From: an uncultured Thiotrichaceae bacterium
Lineage (GTDB): Bacteria > Pseudomonadota > Gammaproteobacteria > SZUA-229
Assembly: GCA_964441285.1 (NCBI GenBank)
Contig: CAYTUK010000007.1
Coordinates: forward strand, 17,736 to 81,735
DNA: 64,000 bases
Reading direction: 5' to 3'
Part shown: positions 33,379-45,330 of the stretch, piece after piece
Layout: each line of letters opens with the position of its first letter
Numbering within the stretch: position 1 is the first letter of the stretch
The notes under the pieces: model-generated
Seen by the model: the letters and a program-made list of their open reading frames with translations, nothing else
Databases searched by the model: none
What the model was told of the DNA's origin: nothing
Made by a program: the position numbers and the translations under genes

Positions 33379-34152
33379 ATCAGCCTTCGAGAAGATATTC
33401 AATGCGTGTTCGACCGCGACCCCGCAGCACGAAATACACTGGAAGTATTAACTGCCTATCCGGGCGTGCACGCCATCATCGCGCACCGTTTTAACCATTT
33501 TTTATGGAAGTTAGGGTTGAAATGGTTGGCACGTATTTTTTCCCAGCTTGCGCGCTGGTTTACCGGCATAGAAATTCATCCTGGTGCAAAAATCGGGCGA
33601 CGCTTTTTTATTGATCATGGCATGGGTGTAGTGATCGGAGAAACGGCTGAAATTGGTGACGACTGTACCCTCTATCATGGCGTGACGTTGGGTGGCACGA
33701 GCTGGGAGGCTGGAAAACGCCACCCAACATTAATGAATAACGTGGTGGTGGGTGCGGGTGCAAAAGTGCTGGGGCCGATTACGCTAAATGACCGCGTTCG
33801 TGTTGGTTCCAATGCTGTTGTGACAAAAAGTATCGAAAGTGATTCGACGGTAGTTGGTGTGCCAGGTCGAGTGGTACACCGCAGTGATGTGAATGAAGTG
33901 AAGCGGCAGATGATGGCGGAAAAAATGGGTTTCGACGCATATGGTGTAACCAGTGATGCGCCTGACCCCGTAGCTTCAGCGATTAATAAAATGCTGGATC
34001 ATATTCATGCGATGGATGAAAAAATGGAAACTATGTGCGCGGCGCTAAAACAGTTCGGCGCAGAAATTGATGTGTCCAGATTGCCTGATCTGGGATCCTG
34101 CTCAATTGCATCAAACCATGACGAAATAGATGAGAAAAAGGATAAAATCTGA
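33379..34152 (+). CDS. cysE: Serine O-acetyltransferase (start uncertain; first canonical in-frame start is 33406)
   Basis: [47 protein letters not shown]; upstream of iscR. Confidence 0.93.
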   Translation: MSLREDIQCVFDRDPAARNTLEVLTAYPGVHAIIAHRFNHFLWKLGLKWLARIFSQLARWFTGIEIHPGAKIGRRFFIDHGMGVVIGETAEIGDDCTLYHGVTLGGTSWEAGKRHPTLMNNVVVGAGAKVLGPITLNDRVRVGSNAVVTKSIESDSTVVGVPGRVVHRSDVNEVKRQMMAEKMGFDAYGVTSDAPDPVASAINKMLDHIHAMDEKMETMCAALKQFGAEIDVSRLPDLGSCSIASNHDEIDEKKDKI

Positions 34153-34282
34153 AGACAGATAACGCCCCGCCCAGTAGTTATTTCTGTGATATTGCTGTAT
34201 TTGCAGGATATTAATGCTTGCGACTAATACTGACATAGTGCTCTAGTTGCATGAATTAAAACGAAATTAATCGAATTTATTA

Positions 34283-34341
34283 ATACCTGACTAAATTACT
34301 CGGATTAATACTTGACTATTTTACTAGGGATTAAGTAAAAT
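34283..34341 (+). promoter_or_regulatory. Tandem type-1 IscR operators overlapping the isc promoter
   Basis: ATACCTGACTAAATTACTCGGATTA and ATACTTGACTATTTTACTAGGGATT; TTGACT-18 nt-TAAAAT. Confidence 0.8.
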
Positions 34342-34410
34342 TAGCACCAGGTAATATTGATGATTACCTGTTGATGGCTACATATTGATGACTACAGGCG
34401 AGTATTAGTT

Positions 34411-34872
34411 ATGCGTTTAACAACAAAAGGCCGCTACGCGGTAACAGCAGTGCTGGATTTAGCTTTGCACCAGGCGAATGGCCCGGTATCGTTGGCAGCC
34501 ATTTCCGAACGTCAGGGTATTTCGCTTTCTTATCTTGAACAACTGTTTGCAAAATTGCGGCGTAATGAGATTGTTGGTAGTACCCGTGGTCCGGGTGGTG
34601 GTTACAAACTAAAGGATAGCGCGGCGAACATCAGTGCTTCTGATATTATTCTTGCCGTTGATGAAGACTGTCGGGTTGTGGATTGTGACGGTGGTGAGGA
34701 TTGTCATAGTGGATACCAATGTCTCACACATGATTTATGGCAGGAGCTAAGTAATGAAATACGTGGCTTTCTTGATGGTATTACCTTGTCTGAAATTCTA
34801 TCTCAAGAGTCGGTGCATGATATTAGTGTGCGTCAGGATAAAGCCTGTAGTAACAAGCGTGAGTTAGCGTAA
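34411..34872 (+). CDS. iscR: Fe-S cluster assembly transcriptional regulator
   Basis: MRLTTKGRYAV, SLSYLEQLF, RGPGGGY, C-x5-C-x5-C-x2-H ligands. Confidence 0.96.
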   Translation: MRLTTKGRYAVTAVLDLALHQANGPVSLAAISERQGISLSYLEQLFAKLRRNEIVGSTRGPGGGYKLKDSAANISASDIILAVDEDCRVVDCDGGEDCHSGYQCLTHDLWQELSNEIRGFLDGITLSEILSQESVHDISVRQDKACSNKRELA

Positions 34873-34879
34873 AACTTCT

Positions 34880-36055
34880 GTGATGGCTATTTATCTGGAT
34901 AACAACGCAACCACTGCGTTACATGCGCAGGTACTGGAAGCAATGTTGCCCCACATGGGCAAGATTTGCGGCAATCCCTCCAGTCTGCATCGTTTTGGCC
35001 GCCTGCAGCGGGATGCCATCGAGCAGGCGCGTACACAGATAGCGATGCTGGTCGGTGCTCGATCTGAACAGGTCGTATTTACCAGCGGCGGCACAGAGTC
35101 GAATAATTTAATTCTACGCGGCATGGCAGGGTATGGCCGATATGCGCAGACAGGTGGGTTGGGTACGATTAAACGTATTGCAGTTAGCCGCATTGAACAT
35201 CCATCGATACTTGAGTTAGCTAGATCGCTGCCCTTTGAAGTTGATTACATTGATGTTGATGCAGACGGGTATATTACCCCTGCAATGTTTGAACAGGCAA
35301 TAAAAATGGACACTGGCCTAGTGTCGATTATGACAGCAAATAATGAAACGGGCGTTATTCAGTCGCTGGATGGATTTATTGAACGGTGTCGCGAGCAGAA
35401 TATTTATTTTCATACCGATGCTTCACAGGCGGCGGGGAAAATAGCACTAAATTTTGCTGCCAGTGGTGCACATGCAATGACTCTGTCAGCACATAAATTT
35501 TATGGTCCAGTTGGTGCGGGCGCATTAATCATTGATCGTTCATTACCGCTAGAGGCGGTGCAACTGGGTGGCTCACAGGAAAAAAATCTGCGCGCAGGAA
35601 CAGAAAATATTGCCGCCATTGTGGGGTTTGGTAAAGCGGCTGAAATCGCGATAGAACATCTGGAACAGCGCTGCGCACATACGCAACAATTACGTGATCT
35701 GCTTGAGCAGGGTTTGAAAAAGATCCCTGCCGTGACAATTTTTTCTGAACAGGCAAAACGTTTACCGAATACAGTGCAGTTTGGTGTGGCCGGTTTTGAT
35801 GGTGAAAGTTTACTGATGCAACTGGACCGAAAAGCTATTGCCGTTTCATCCGGGTCGGCCTGCGGCAGTGGCAAGGCTGAACCCAGTCATGTTTTACAGG
35901 CAATGAAGGTGCCGACTGAGATTGCCAATGCAGCAATTCGGGTAAGTTTTGGTGAAAATAACACGGGTTTAGATGTGGACGTATTGCTGAGCGCTCTGCA
36001 TAACATTCTAACAGCAAATACTCACTCGCCTGTCATGATGGCAGCGAGTCTTTAA
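34880..36055 (+). CDS. Second cysteine desulfurase (IscS-like paralog)
   Basis: YLDNNATT, FTSGGTES, ANNETG, SAHKFYGP, SSGSAC. Confidence 0.92.
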   Translation: MMAIYLDNNATTALHAQVLEAMLPHMGKICGNPSSLHRFGRLQRDAIEQARTQIAMLVGARSEQVVFTSGGTESNNLILRGMAGYGRYAQTGGLGTIKRIAVSRIEHPSILELARSLPFEVDYIDVDADGYITPAMFEQAIKMDTGLVSIMTANNETGVIQSLDGFIERCREQNIYFHTDASQAAGKIALNFAASGAHAMTLSAHKFYGPVGAGALIIDRSLPLEAVQLGGSQEKNLRAGTENIAAIVGFGKAAEIAIEHLEQRCAHTQQLRDLLEQGLKKIPAVTIFSEQAKRLPNTVQFGVAGFDGESLLMQLDRKAIAVSSGSACGSGKAEPSHVLQAMKVPTEIANAAIRVSFGENNTGLDVDVLLSALHNILTANTHSPVMMAASL

Positions 36056-36064
36056 TTTATAAAG

Positions 36065-37327
36065 GTGAAAAAAGTGAGCAAACAAATCGATCAGGCTGAA
36101 AGCAAACTCGCTATCGACAAACCTATTTATATGGATTATTCCGCAACCACACCAACCGATGAGCGAGTAGTTGTTGAAATGTTGAAATATCTGGGGCCAG
36201 ATGCGGCTTTTGGTAATCCTGCCTCGCGCAGCCATAGTTATGGTTGGGCAGCGGAGTCCGCAGTGGAGCAGGGCCGTAAACATGTTGCCGACCTGGTGGG
36301 TGCAAACCCCAAGGAAATTGTTTTTACTTCTGGTGCCACCGAGTCAGACAATCTGGCAATAAAAGGTGCTGCGCATTTCAATCGGAAACGGGGTAATCAT
36401 ATTATTACCTGTAAAACGGAGCATAAGGCAGTGCTGGATACCTGTCGTCAACTGGAGCGTGAAGGTTTTGAAGTGACGTATCTGGACCCAATGAAAAATG
36501 GGCTGCTTGATCTCGATGTTTTTAAAGCTGCCATAAGGGAAGAGACGATTCTTGCTTCGATTATGCATGTGAATAATGAAATTGGCGTGATTCAGGATAT
36601 CGAAGCAATCGGTAATATCTGCCGTGAAAATAAAATTATCTATCATGTTGATGCTGCCCAAAGTGCCGGTAAAGTGGAGATTAACCTGGAGGCGCTTCCG
36701 GTTGACTTGATGAGTTTTTCCGCGCATAAAATTTACGGGCCAAAAGGTATTGGTGCATTGTATGTGCAGCGTAAACCACGTATCCGTCTGGAAGCACAGA
36801 TGCATGGTGGTGGCCATGAACGTGGCATGCGTTCAGGCACGTTAGCCACGCATCAGATTGCCGGCATGGGCGAAGCCTTTCGGATTGCAAAAGCAGAAAT
36901 GAAAGCAGAAAATACGCGCCTGCTAACATTACGCAATAAGCTTTGGGACGGCGTTAAGGATATGGAGGAAGTTTATATAAACGGTGATATAGATCAGCGC
37001 ATTGCGGGAAATATTAATATCAGTTTCAATTTTGTTGAAGGCGAAAGTTTATTAATGGCATTAAAAGACCTGGCCATTTCCAGTGGCAGCGCCTGTACCT
37101 CAGCAAGCCTGGAACCGAGTTATGTTTTGCGTGCACTGGGGCGTAATGACGAGCTTGCACATAGCTCCATTCGGTTTACCCTGGGTCGTTATACGACTGA
37201 AGAAGAAATTGATCGTGCGATTAAACATCTGCGCACTGCGGTTGAAAAATTGCGTCAACTGTCCCCCCTGTGGGATATGTACAAGGCTGGTATTGATCTG
37301 GATAGCGTTAAATGGGCGGCGCATTAA
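36065..37327 (+). CDS. iscS: Cysteine desulfurase IscS
   Basis: [46 protein letters not shown]-terminus. Confidence 0.97.
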   Translation: MKKVSKQIDQAESKLAIDKPIYMDYSATTPTDERVVVEMLKYLGPDAAFGNPASRSHSYGWAAESAVEQGRKHVADLVGANPKEIVFTSGATESDNLAIKGAAHFNRKRGNHIITCKTEHKAVLDTCRQLEREGFEVTYLDPMKNGLLDLDVFKAAIREETILASIMHVNNEIGVIQDIEAIGNICRENKIIYHVDAAQSAGKVEINLEALPVDLMSFSAHKIYGPKGIGALYVQRKPRIRLEAQMHGGGHERGMRSGTLATHQIAGMGEAFRIAKAEMKAENTRLLTLRNKLWDGVKDMEEVYINGDIDQRIAGNINISFNFVEGESLLMALKDLAISSGSACTSASLEPSYVLRALGRNDELAHSSIRFTLGRYTTEEEIDRAIKHLRTAVEKLRQLSPLWDMYKAGIDLDSVKWAAH

Positions 37328-37422
37328 ACAGTAACAAAATAGCAGAATAACTGTGGTGATAGATGGTGCATCGCCGATGCGGATGCACCACAGTAAAAAA
37401 CGATTTAATTGAAGAGAGACTT

Positions 37423-37746
37423 ATGGCTATTACAATGACAGAACCGGCGGCTGAACGCGTTAAAATGTTTCTGGAAAATCGAGGTAAAGGCGTTGGCTTA
37501 CGTTTAGCAGTTAAAACTACCGGTTGTTCGGGTATGTCCTATGTGCTCGAATTTGTTGATACAGTTAATTCTGACGATGAAGTATTTGAGGATCACGGTG
37601 TCAAAGTTATTGTGGATAAAAAAAGTCTGGTTTACATTGATGGTACAGAGGTGGACTTTTCCAGAGAAGGATTAAGTGAAGGTTTTAAATTCAATAATCC
37701 AAAAGAAAAAAATCAGTGTGGTTGCGGTGAAAGTTTTACCGTATAG
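37423..37746 (+). CDS. iscA: Fe-S carrier IscA
   Basis: [27 protein letters not shown]. Confidence 0.96.
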   Translation: MAITMTEPAAERVKMFLENRGKGVGLRLAVKTTGCSGMSYVLEFVDTVNSDDEVFEDHGVKVIVDKKSLVYIDGTEVDFSREGLSEGFKFNNPKEKNQCGCGESFTV

Positions 37747-37756
37747 TATTGCTTAA

Positions 37757-38317
37757 GTGTTTAACGATATTCTAAATCGCAATTTTTTTGCGTTGTTCGA
37801 GCTGCCGCTGGCCTATGACATTGATCTGGCACAGGCACAGCAACGGTATATAGCATTACAGTCAAAAGTGCATCCCGATAAATTTGCCAGTGCGAGTGAT
37901 ACTCAAAAACGTATTGCTATGCAGTTGACTTCGCATATCAATGAAGCCCTGCAAACATTAAAAGATCCGGTCTTACGCGCCAGTTATTTGCTTAAGTTAA
38001 AGGGGCTGGATATTAATCTGGAAACTGAAACCACGATGGATGCAGTTTTTTTAATGCAGCAACTTGAACTACGTGAGTCTATGTCAGATATCAGGAATCA
38101 TTATAATTCTGCGACAGACGCGCTTGCAGCGCTTGACCGTATGGGCGCGGATGTAAATAAAAAAATACAGGCTGCAATGTCGAATTTTTCTGCGCTGCTT
38201 GACAGTGACCAGCTCGAAGAGGCAAGAGAGTGGGTGCGTAAGTTACAGTTTTTACAAAAGGCCAAACAGGAAGTCAATCAGCTTGGTATTAAAATAGAAG
38301 ATGAGTTGATGGGTTAA
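37757..38317 (+). CDS. hscB: Fe-S co-chaperone HscB
   Basis: J-domain [26 protein letters not shown]. Confidence 0.95.
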   Translation: MFNDILNRNFFALFELPLAYDIDLAQAQQRYIALQSKVHPDKFASASDTQKRIAMQLTSHINEALQTLKDPVLRASYLLKLKGLDINLETETTMDAVFLMQQLELRESMSDIRNHYNSATDALAALDRMGADVNKKIQAAMSNFSALLDSDQLEEAREWVRKLQFLQKAKQEVNQLGIKIEDELMG

Positions 38318-38328
38318 CAGGTATAAAC

Positions 38329-40230
38329 GTGGGATTATTACAGATAACAGAACCCGGACAATCGACTGCGCCGCACCAGCATAAACTTGCGGTGGGTATC
38401 GATCTTGGCACCACCAATTCACTGGTCGCTACAGTCCGTAGTGGGCGAGTAGAATCCTTGCCAGATGCACAGGGCGAACACCTGTTACCCTCAGTCGTTC
38501 ATTATGCTGAACAGGGCATTGAAGTGGGTTATTCGGCTGAACAATACAGTATTTCTGACCCACTTAATACCGTGATATCGGTGAAACGGATGATGGGCAG
38601 AGGCAGTGATGATATAGCTAAAAGTGGTATGCATCATACCTGCCGGTTTGCACCAACCGATAGCGCCGTCCCCAGAATTCAAACCCGTTCAGGGAATATT
38701 AGTGCCGTTGAAGTTTCCGCAGAAATATTAAAAGTGCTAAAAAAACGTGCCGTTGATACGCTGGGTGGTGAACTTGCGGGGGTGGTAATAACCGTGCCAG
38801 CCTATTTCGATGAGGCCCAGCGTCAGGCAACAAAAGATGCCGCAAGACTGGCGGATTTAAATGTGTTGCGGTTATTAAATGAGCCCACCGCTGCCGCTGT
38901 TGCCTATGGTCTGGATTCAGGTAACCGAGGTATTATTGCTGTTTATGATCTGGGTGGGGGTACCTTCGATATTTCTATCCTCAGATTAAATAAAGGTGTA
39001 TTTGAAGTATTGGCAACAGGCGGTGATAGCGCACTGGGCGGTGATGATTTTGATCACATAATTGCAGACTGGGTGTTTTCTACAGCCGGCATGGAGAAAT
39101 TGACAGAATACAGGGATAATCCTGCATTAATCCGTACCGTGTTAAAACAGGCTCGGTTGGCAAAAGAGGCGCTGGCTCAACAGCACCAGGTCGATATTAA
39201 TATTGACACTGATGGCCTGCACTGGCAGGGTCAGTTAAGTCGCGAAAAAATGCAGGCACTTATTTCACCACTGGTTAAAAAAACCCTGATGTCCTGTCGT
39301 CGTGCCATGCGTGATGCGGATGTTGAAAACAAAGATATACGTGAAGTGGTTATGGTTGGCGGGTCTACCCGAACATGCCTGGTTCGTGAAATGGTGGGTG
39401 AGTTCTTTGAGTGTGAACCGCTCACCAGTATTGACCCCGACAAAGTTGTTGCGACGGGGGCGGCGTTGCAGGCTGATGTGCTGGCGGGAAACAAACCGGA
39501 TGACAGCATGGTATTGCTTGATGTTATCCCCCTGTCTCTGGGAATAGAGACAATGGGTGGTTTAACAGAAAAAATTATTTATCGAAATACGGCGATCCCG
39601 GTTGCCAAAGCACAGGATTTTACTACCTATAAAGACGGTCAGACTGCCATGTCGATTCATGTGATGCAGGGTGAACGTGAATTAGTGGACGATTGCCGAT
39701 CACTGGCACGGTTTGAGTTACGCGGCATTCCGCCTCAGGTGGCGGGTGGGGCTAGAATTCGAGTGACTTTCCAGGTGGATGCGGATGGTTTGCTTTTGGT
39801 TAGTGCAAAAGAAGAAAACAGTGGCGTTGAAGCCAGTGTTGATGTGAAGCCCTCCTTTGGACTGACGGACAGTGAAATTGAAACTATGCTGAGAGAGTCA
39901 ATGACTCACGCAAAAGATGACCTGCTATCAAGAAGTTTACGCGAGCAGCAGGTTGAAGCTGATCGTACCATTGAAGCACTGGATACAGCATTGGCTAAAG
40001 ATGGGGATGCATTACTATCAGAAGTTGAAAAACAGAATATTATGCATGCTCGGCAAACATTAATGGATACCAGAACCAGTAGTGATGTAGATGCCATTAT
40101 CGATGCAATTAAGGAGCTGGAATCAAGTTGTGAGAATTATGTTGCCCGTCGGATGAATACCAGCATTCGTCATGCAATGCAGGGGCACTCGATTAATGAA
40201 TACAATAAAGACGACGCAGGAGAATCCTGA
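38329..40230 (+). CDS. hscA: Fe-S chaperone HscA
   Basis: [35 protein letters not shown]. Confidence 0.96.
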   Translation: MGLLQITEPGQSTAPHQHKLAVGIDLGTTNSLVATVRSGRVESLPDAQGEHLLPSVVHYAEQGIEVGYSAEQYSISDPLNTVISVKRMMGRGSDDIAKSGMHHTCRFAPTDSAVPRIQTRSGNISAVEVSAEILKVLKKRAVDTLGGELAGVVITVPAYFDEAQRQATKDAARLADLNVLRLLNEPTAAAVAYGLDSGNRGIIAVYDLGGGTFDISILRLNKGVFEVLATGGDSALGGDDFDHIIADWVFSTAGMEKLTEYRDNPALIRTVLKQARLAKEALAQQHQVDINIDTDGLHWQGQLSREKMQALISPLVKKTLMSCRRAMRDADVENKDIREVVMVGGSTRTCLVREMVGEFFECEPLTSIDPDKVVATGAALQADVLAGNKPDDSMVLLDVIPLSLGIETMGGLTEKIIYRNTAIPVAKAQDFTTYKDGQTAMSIHVMQGERELVDDCRSLARFELRGIPPQVAGGARIRVTFQVDADGLLLVSAKEENSGVEASVDVKPSFGLTDSEIETMLRESMTHAKDDLLSRSLREQQVEADRTIEALDTALAKDGDALLSEVEKQNIMHARQTLMDTRTSSDVDAIIDAIKELESSCENYVARRMNTSIRHAMQGHSINEYNKDDAGES

Positions 40231-40232
40231 AG

Positions 40233-40571
40233 ATGCCAAAAATTATCATTCTACCGCATGATGAATTGTGCCCCGATGGTGTAGTGATTGAAGCTAAACC
40301 GGGGGTATCAATCTGTGATGCCGCACTACGACATAATGTTGAAATTGAACATGCTTGCGAAAAGTCCTGTGCCTGTACCACCTGTCACGTTTATGTGCGT
40401 GAAGGTATGGAATCGCTTAATGAAAACACGGAAGAAGAAGATGACATGCTGGATAAGGCCTGGGGTCTTGATTCGGATTCCAGATTAAGTTGTCAGGCCA
40501 TTGTGGGTGACGAAGATCTGGTCATAGAGATTCCAAAATACACCATTAATATGGTTTCAGAAAGCCATTAA
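40233..40571 (+). CDS. fdx: ISC [2Fe-2S] ferredoxin
   Basis: [21 protein letters not shown]...SRLSCQ. Confidence 0.97.
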   Translation: MPKIIILPHDELCPDGVVIEAKPGVSICDAALRHNVEIEHACEKSCACTTCHVYVREGMESLNENTEEEDDMLDKAWGLDSDSRLSCQAIVGDEDLVIEIPKYTINMVSESH

Positions 40572-40598
40572 GCAAAATGAACCGAAAGGGTGAATGTT

Positions 40599-40802
40599 AT
40601 GGGTTTAAAATGGGGTGACTCACTGGATATTGCTATTGAACTGGACGCGTTACATTCTGAGGTAGATCCTCAGTATGTAAATTTTGTCGATTTACAACGC
40701 TGGATTGTTGGAATGGCAGAATTTGATGATGACCCAGCGCATTCGGGTGAAAGAATTCTGGAAGCAGTCCAGCTTGCCTGGATTGAGGAACGAGAAAGCT
40801 GA
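40599..40802 (+). CDS. iscX: Fe-S assembly protein IscX
   Basis: MGLKW.D...IAI.L, F.DL..W, ERILEA.Q.AWIEE. Confidence 0.94.
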   Translation: MGLKWGDSLDIAIELDALHSEVDPQYVNFVDLQRWIVGMAEFDDDPAHSGERILEAVQLAWIEERES

Positions 40803-40974
40803 AAGCCCGATTATCTGTCGGGAGTAGAAAGGCCGTTCCGGTTCTGTGCAAGGTTGGAGCGGCTGTTTTAAATAGAACTGTCTTAAATATACAATTCCGC
40901 GTAATATATCGGGTTTTGGTGGCTCAATTAAAGATCGCCGTTGTCCTGTAAAGGGGCGGCTGTGCTTATGACTA

Positions 40975-42144
40975 TTGCGAATGAATACCTCTCCTACAAT
41001 CTGCCCTGCTACATCTGATATGATTTCTTTAGATTGGTGTAGCACCGAACAAAAACAGAATCTGCTGGATTTTGATCGCGAAGCATTGACCGCCTATTTT
41101 GCTAGTATGGGAGAGAAAAGTTTTCGTGCAACGCAGCTCATGAAATGGATACATCAGGCTGGAGTGACCGATTTTCAGCAAATGGATAACTTACCTAAAG
41201 TCTTGCGCCTGGCGCTTGAGAAAAAGGCTGTTGTGGCGAATTTGCAGGTTGTTAGTGATGCGCTTTCTACGGATGGAACGCGAAAATGGTTGCTTCAACT
41301 TGCTGATGGCAATGTGATTGAAACGGTTTTTATACCGGAAGCAGGCCGTGGCACACTATGCATTTCTTCACAGGCCGGTTGTGCGTTAGATTGCAGTTTT
41401 TGTGCAACGGGCAGACAGGGGTTTAACCGTAACCTCACCACTGGTGAGATTATTTCACAGCTCTGGCTGGCTGCACAATTGCTGGACAATGACAGCAAAT
41501 CGGGTAAGAGAATTACCAATGTAGTCATGATGGGCATGGGTGAACCATTATTGAATTTTGATAATGTTGTACGTGCGATACGCATAATGATGGATGATTT
41601 TGCTTATGGCTTAAGTAAACGACGGGTAACGGTTAGCACCGCAGGGGTTGTACCCGCAATGGATCGACTTGCCGATATACTGGATATGCGGCTAGCAGTT
41701 TCATTGCATGCGACCAATGATAAATTAAGAAATGAGCTGGTGCCATTAAATAAAAAATATCCATTAAAGGAATTGTTCCAGGCCTGCCATCGATTTGTTG
41801 ATAAACAAAAAGCGCGTTATCGTATAACCTTTGAATACGTGCTACTTGATGGTGTGAACGATAAACCTGAGCATGCCAGAGCGCTGATTAAACTGCTTGA
41901 TGGTTTGCCAACGCTATTAAATTTGATACCGTTTAATCCGTTTGAAGGTTCAGGCTATAAAACCTCATCACCGCAGGCAATAAAACGTTTTAGCGAACAA
42001 CTACATAAAGCGGAGATTACGACAGTAATTCGAAAAACCCGTGGTGAGGATATTGCTGCCGCCTGCGGTCAACTGGCCGGTAACATTCAGGACAAAAGTC
42101 GACGTTCACGTCGTTTTGAAACACCCAGATTTGGAATGAAATAA
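40975..42144 (+). CDS. rlmN: 23S rRNA/tRNA m2A methyltransferase (radical SAM); start uncertain
   Basis: [35 protein letters not shown]. Confidence 0.96.
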   Translation: MRMNTSPTICPATSDMISLDWCSTEQKQNLLDFDREALTAYFASMGEKSFRATQLMKWIHQAGVTDFQQMDNLPKVLRLALEKKAVVANLQVVSDALSTDGTRKWLLQLADGNVIETVFIPEAGRGTLCISSQAGCALDCSFCATGRQGFNRNLTTGEIISQLWLAAQLLDNDSKSGKRITNVVMMGMGEPLLNFDNVVRAIRIMMDDFAYGLSKRRVTVSTAGVVPAMDRLADILDMRLAVSLHATNDKLRNELVPLNKKYPLKELFQACHRFVDKQKARYRITFEYVLLDGVNDKPEHARALIKLLDGLPTLLNLIPFNPFEGSGYKTSSPQAIKRFSEQLHKAEITTVIRKTRGEDIAAACGQLAGNIQDKSRRSRRFETPRFGMK

Positions 42145-42926
42145 TGGCATTATCACGTTGGTTAGTTTTTTTATTACTGGTCAGTCTTGCTGGTTGCGCA
42201 GGGCTGGGTGGCGGACAGACTGAAGACCAATCCTCTAGTCTGAATTTAAAAGAAGCCTCTAAACTGAACACTGAGTTAGGCGTCGGTTATATCAAACGTC
42301 ATCAATACAAAGTTGCCGCACATAAACTGGAAAAAGCCATTAATGAAAACAGTAAAAATGTTTTAGCATATAAGAATCTGGCTTATTTATATTCAATTTT
42401 AGGGTTAACAGATAAAGCCAGAGAAAACTACGAAACAGCACTGGACATAGAACCCAAAAACCCGGATGTGTTAAACAGTTATGGTGCTTTTTTATGTGTT
42501 ACAGGTAAAATTGATGAAGCGCAGAAAAAATTTAAACAGGCATACAGTAACCCTTTTTATAGTTCAATTTATCTGGCTGAAAGTAACGCCGGTATTTGTT
42601 ACCTTAAGCAGGGAAAATATGTGGAGGCGGAGGCTTTGCTAAGAAAATCTTTACGTATACAGCCAAAACTACCGAGTTCATTGTTATCAATGGCTGACAT
42701 AGGGATTAGAACAGGAAGGTATTTAATGGCGAGAGCGTATATTGAACGTTATCATGCGATTAAAAAACCGTCTGCGGAAAGTTTGTGGATACAGGTACGA
42801 GAAGAAAAAGCGCTTGGTGATAAAACAAGTTATATGAAGTATGTACATCAGCTAATGGATGATTTTCCTGATTCAGATGAAGCAGGTTTAGCAGAGACAC
42901 AGGCGCGGCATGAGCAGCTCAGATAG
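42144..42926 (+). CDS. pilW: Type IV pilus biogenesis/stability TPR lipoprotein (PilW/PilF)
   Basis: LAGC lipobox, TPRs, NSYGAFLC, NAGIC; rlmN-rodZ synteny. Confidence 0.88.
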   Translation: MALSRWLVFLLLVSLAGCAGLGGGQTEDQSSSLNLKEASKLNTELGVGYIKRHQYKVAAHKLEKAINENSKNVLAYKNLAYLYSILGLTDKARENYETALDIEPKNPDVLNSYGAFLCVTGKIDEAQKKFKQAYSNPFYSSIYLAESNAGICYLKQGKYVEAEALLRKSLRIQPKLPSSLLSMADIGIRTGRYLMARAYIERYHAIKKPSAESLWIQVREEKALGDKTSYMKYVHQLMDDFPDSDEAGLAETQARHEQLR

Positions 42927-43851
42927 CGGTGATGTAGAAAAAAATATTGAGTTCGGTGAAACACTGAAGCAGGCAAGGGAAGCACAAAAGCTTAGCATTG
43001 ATGACATTGCTGAACTATTGAAAGTGCCGTCGAAGATAATTTTATTAATCGAAGCTTCTGATGTCAGGCAACTCCCTGCGCCAACCTTTGCGCGTGGTTA
43101 TCTTTGCGCGTATGCAAAACGGGTGGGAATTCAGGATGTTAATATTCTTGCAGCCTATGACCGCGTTATGCCACGCAAGATACAGTTAAGACCACGTTCG
43201 AATCTGCCCAGAAAAACGACCAGTCAATCACCTTTAGTTAAGGCCGTTACTTTTATATTAATTATTCTTGGCGTGTTAGCCATTGCTTACAGCGGTTATC
43301 AATATTATGGTAAAAAAGTTAGTAGTATGGAAGCGAGTCTTCAGTATCAGGCTGAACAGAATGCGGGTAAAGTAAACGCGCTGACTGGGTTAAAACAGCA
43401 GGTTTCAGCTGAGAAGAAAACTGCTGATAGAATATCCGGTTTTAATGTAACTCCAGCACTGACCGATAAAGCAGATAACTCTGCCAGGGGGGAATTAGCC
43501 AGTGCCAGGGTATTAATAAAAAACAAACAGGTACAGATAAACACGAGAAACACATCTAACGTACCGCAGGGTGTTGATAATATTCAATTGCTGGCAAAAA
43601 ATGGTGCATGGGTTGAAATTAGTGATGCGACGGATAAACGCCTGCATTATAATATGATCCCCAAAGACAAATGGGTGAGTTATAACGGTACTGCGCCATT
43701 CAAAGTCTCTCTGGGCAATGCACGCTCAACCCGTATCAAGGTTAACAATTTGACAATTGATATGTCGAAACATATTCGCAGTAATAATACGGCTAAGTTT
43801 AAAATATCAACAATCAAACGTAATGGGCACCAAATTGCTGTTTTCCACTAA
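42910..43851 (+). CDS. rodZ: Cytoskeleton protein RodZ
   Basis: N-terminal HTH (G..LK.ARE, FARGYL..YAK), one TM helix, C-terminal DUF4115-like region (WVEI.DA, PF...LGN). Confidence 0.88.
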   Translation: MSSSDSGDVEKNIEFGETLKQAREAQKLSIDDIAELLKVPSKIILLIEASDVRQLPAPTFARGYLCAYAKRVGIQDVNILAAYDRVMPRKIQLRPRSNLPRKTTSQSPLVKAVTFILIILGVLAIAYSGYQYYGKKVSSMEASLQYQAEQNAGKVNALTGLKQQVSAEKKTADRISGFNVTPALTDKADNSARGELASARVLIKNKQVQINTRNTSNVPQGVDNIQLLAKNGAWVEISDATDKRLHYNMIPKDKWVSYNGTAPFKVSLGNARSTRIKVNNLTIDMSKHIRSNNTAKFKISTIKRNGHQIAVFH

Positions 43852-43860
43852 ACCTGAATT

Positions 43861-43991
43861 TACTAACCGTACAAATGAAAAGGCGACCCATGGTTCAAGA
43901 CCGTCAGCCGCAGGGATGCGGGTGTCAAGCCGACATGGATATATTCACCGCGTGCCTTTAATAATGGGTCGCCTTTTTCTTTGTTTCAGTA
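43861..43991 (+). repeat. Family A repeat, copy 5 (131 bp)
   Basis: TACTAACCG...AAAAGGCGACCCAT...core...ATGGGTCGCCTTTT...GTTTCAGTA. Confidence 0.93.
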
Positions 43992-44007
43992 ATAAATATT
44001 CATTCTG

Positions 44008-45327
44008 ATGTCTAAAATATTACAGTCCATTCGTGGAATGCATGATATATTACCGGCGGAATCACCTCGGTGGCAGGCACTCGAAGCCACGGTTCATCGC
44101 ATCATGCAGCAGTATGGTTATAGTGAAATTCGTATGCCACTGGTTGAATCGAGCGAGCTGTTTTGCCGTTCGATTGGTGAAGTAACGGATATTGTGGAAA
44201 AGGAAATGTATACCTTTGATGACAGAAACGGTGACAAACTGTCTTTACGGCCAGAAGGTACGGCCAGTTGCGTGCGCGCAGGTATTCAGCATGGTTTGTT
44301 ACATAATCAGATTCAACGGTTGTGGTATAGCGGCTCGATGTTTCGGCATGAGCGTCCGCAAAAAGGGCGTTATCGGCAGTTTCATCAGTTGGGCGTTGAA
44401 GTGTTTGGTATTGGGTCGCCGGATATTGATGCAGAATTAATTCTTATCAGTGCGCGTTTATGGAAACAACTTGGGCTTGATGATGTGCATCTGGAGCTGA
44501 ACTCACTAGGTTCGGTCGAGTCGAGAACACGATACAGGCAGATATTGATTGATTACTTAAAGTCGCATCAGTCAGGTTTGGATGCGGACAGTTTGCGTCG
44601 TCTGGAGACAAATCCACTGCGGATACTGGATAGTAAAAATCCTGAGTTAAAAATTATACTGGACAATGCGCCGCAGCTACTGGATTATCTTGACGAGGAA
44701 TCAAGTGAGCAGTTTAACAAACTAAAACAATACCTTGATATGGCTGGTATTACATATACGATCAACCCGCGGTTGGTACGTGGCCTGGATTATTACTGCA
44801 AAACAGTATTTGAATGGGTAACCGATAAACTGGGAGCACAGGGAACGGTTTGTGCTGGTGGCCGTTACGATGCGCTGGTGCAACAGCTGGGTGGTAAACC
44901 AACACCCGCGATTGGTTTTGCAATGGGCATTGAAAGAGTGCTGGCCTTGCTGGAACAGTCTGCAGCGGACGATTTATACCGTACGACAGATTTGTACATT
45001 ATAGTCCAGGGTGTTCATAGTGAAAAACAGGGGCTGATATTGGCAGAATCTTTACGTGAACAGATACTGCCATTAAAAGTAACCATGCATTGTGGTGGAG
45101 GCTCAATTAAAAGCCAGATGAAAAAAGCGGACAAAAGCGGTGCATTACTGGCTTTAATACTGGGAGAAAATGAAATTGCTCACCAAACGGTTACAGTGAA
45201 GTTTTTACGTGAAAGCAAAGAACAGATAAATATGAAGCAATCAGAAATTATTAATTATATTAATGAAACGATAGCGCACGAAGCGTCTGCCAGCATAAAA
45301 CCGGCTACGCGATTAAAGCAGGATTAA
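44008..45327 (+). CDS. hisS: Histidine--tRNA ligase
   Basis: [43 protein letters not shown]. Confidence 0.98.
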   Translation: MSKILQSIRGMHDILPAESPRWQALEATVHRIMQQYGYSEIRMPLVESSELFCRSIGEVTDIVEKEMYTFDDRNGDKLSLRPEGTASCVRAGIQHGLLHNQIQRLWYSGSMFRHERPQKGRYRQFHQLGVEVFGIGSPDIDAELILISARLWKQLGLDDVHLELNSLGSVESRTRYRQILIDYLKSHQSGLDADSLRRLETNPLRILDSKNPELKIILDNAPQLLDYLDEESSEQFNKLKQYLDMAGITYTINPRLVRGLDYYCKTVFEWVTDKLGAQGTVCAGGRYDALVQQLGGKPTPAIGFAMGIERVLALLEQSAADDLYRTTDLYIIVQGVHSEKQGLILAESLREQILPLKVTMHCGGGSIKSQMKKADKSGALLALILGENEIAHQTVTVKFLRESKEQINMKQSEIINYINETIAHEASASIKPATRLKQD

Positions 45328-45330
45328 TTT

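Noticed and set aside
34880-37327. Tandem cysteine desulfurases as a novelty on their own
   Set aside because: iscR followed by two desulfurases is known in other beta- and gammaproteobacteria; only the missing iscU is flagged.
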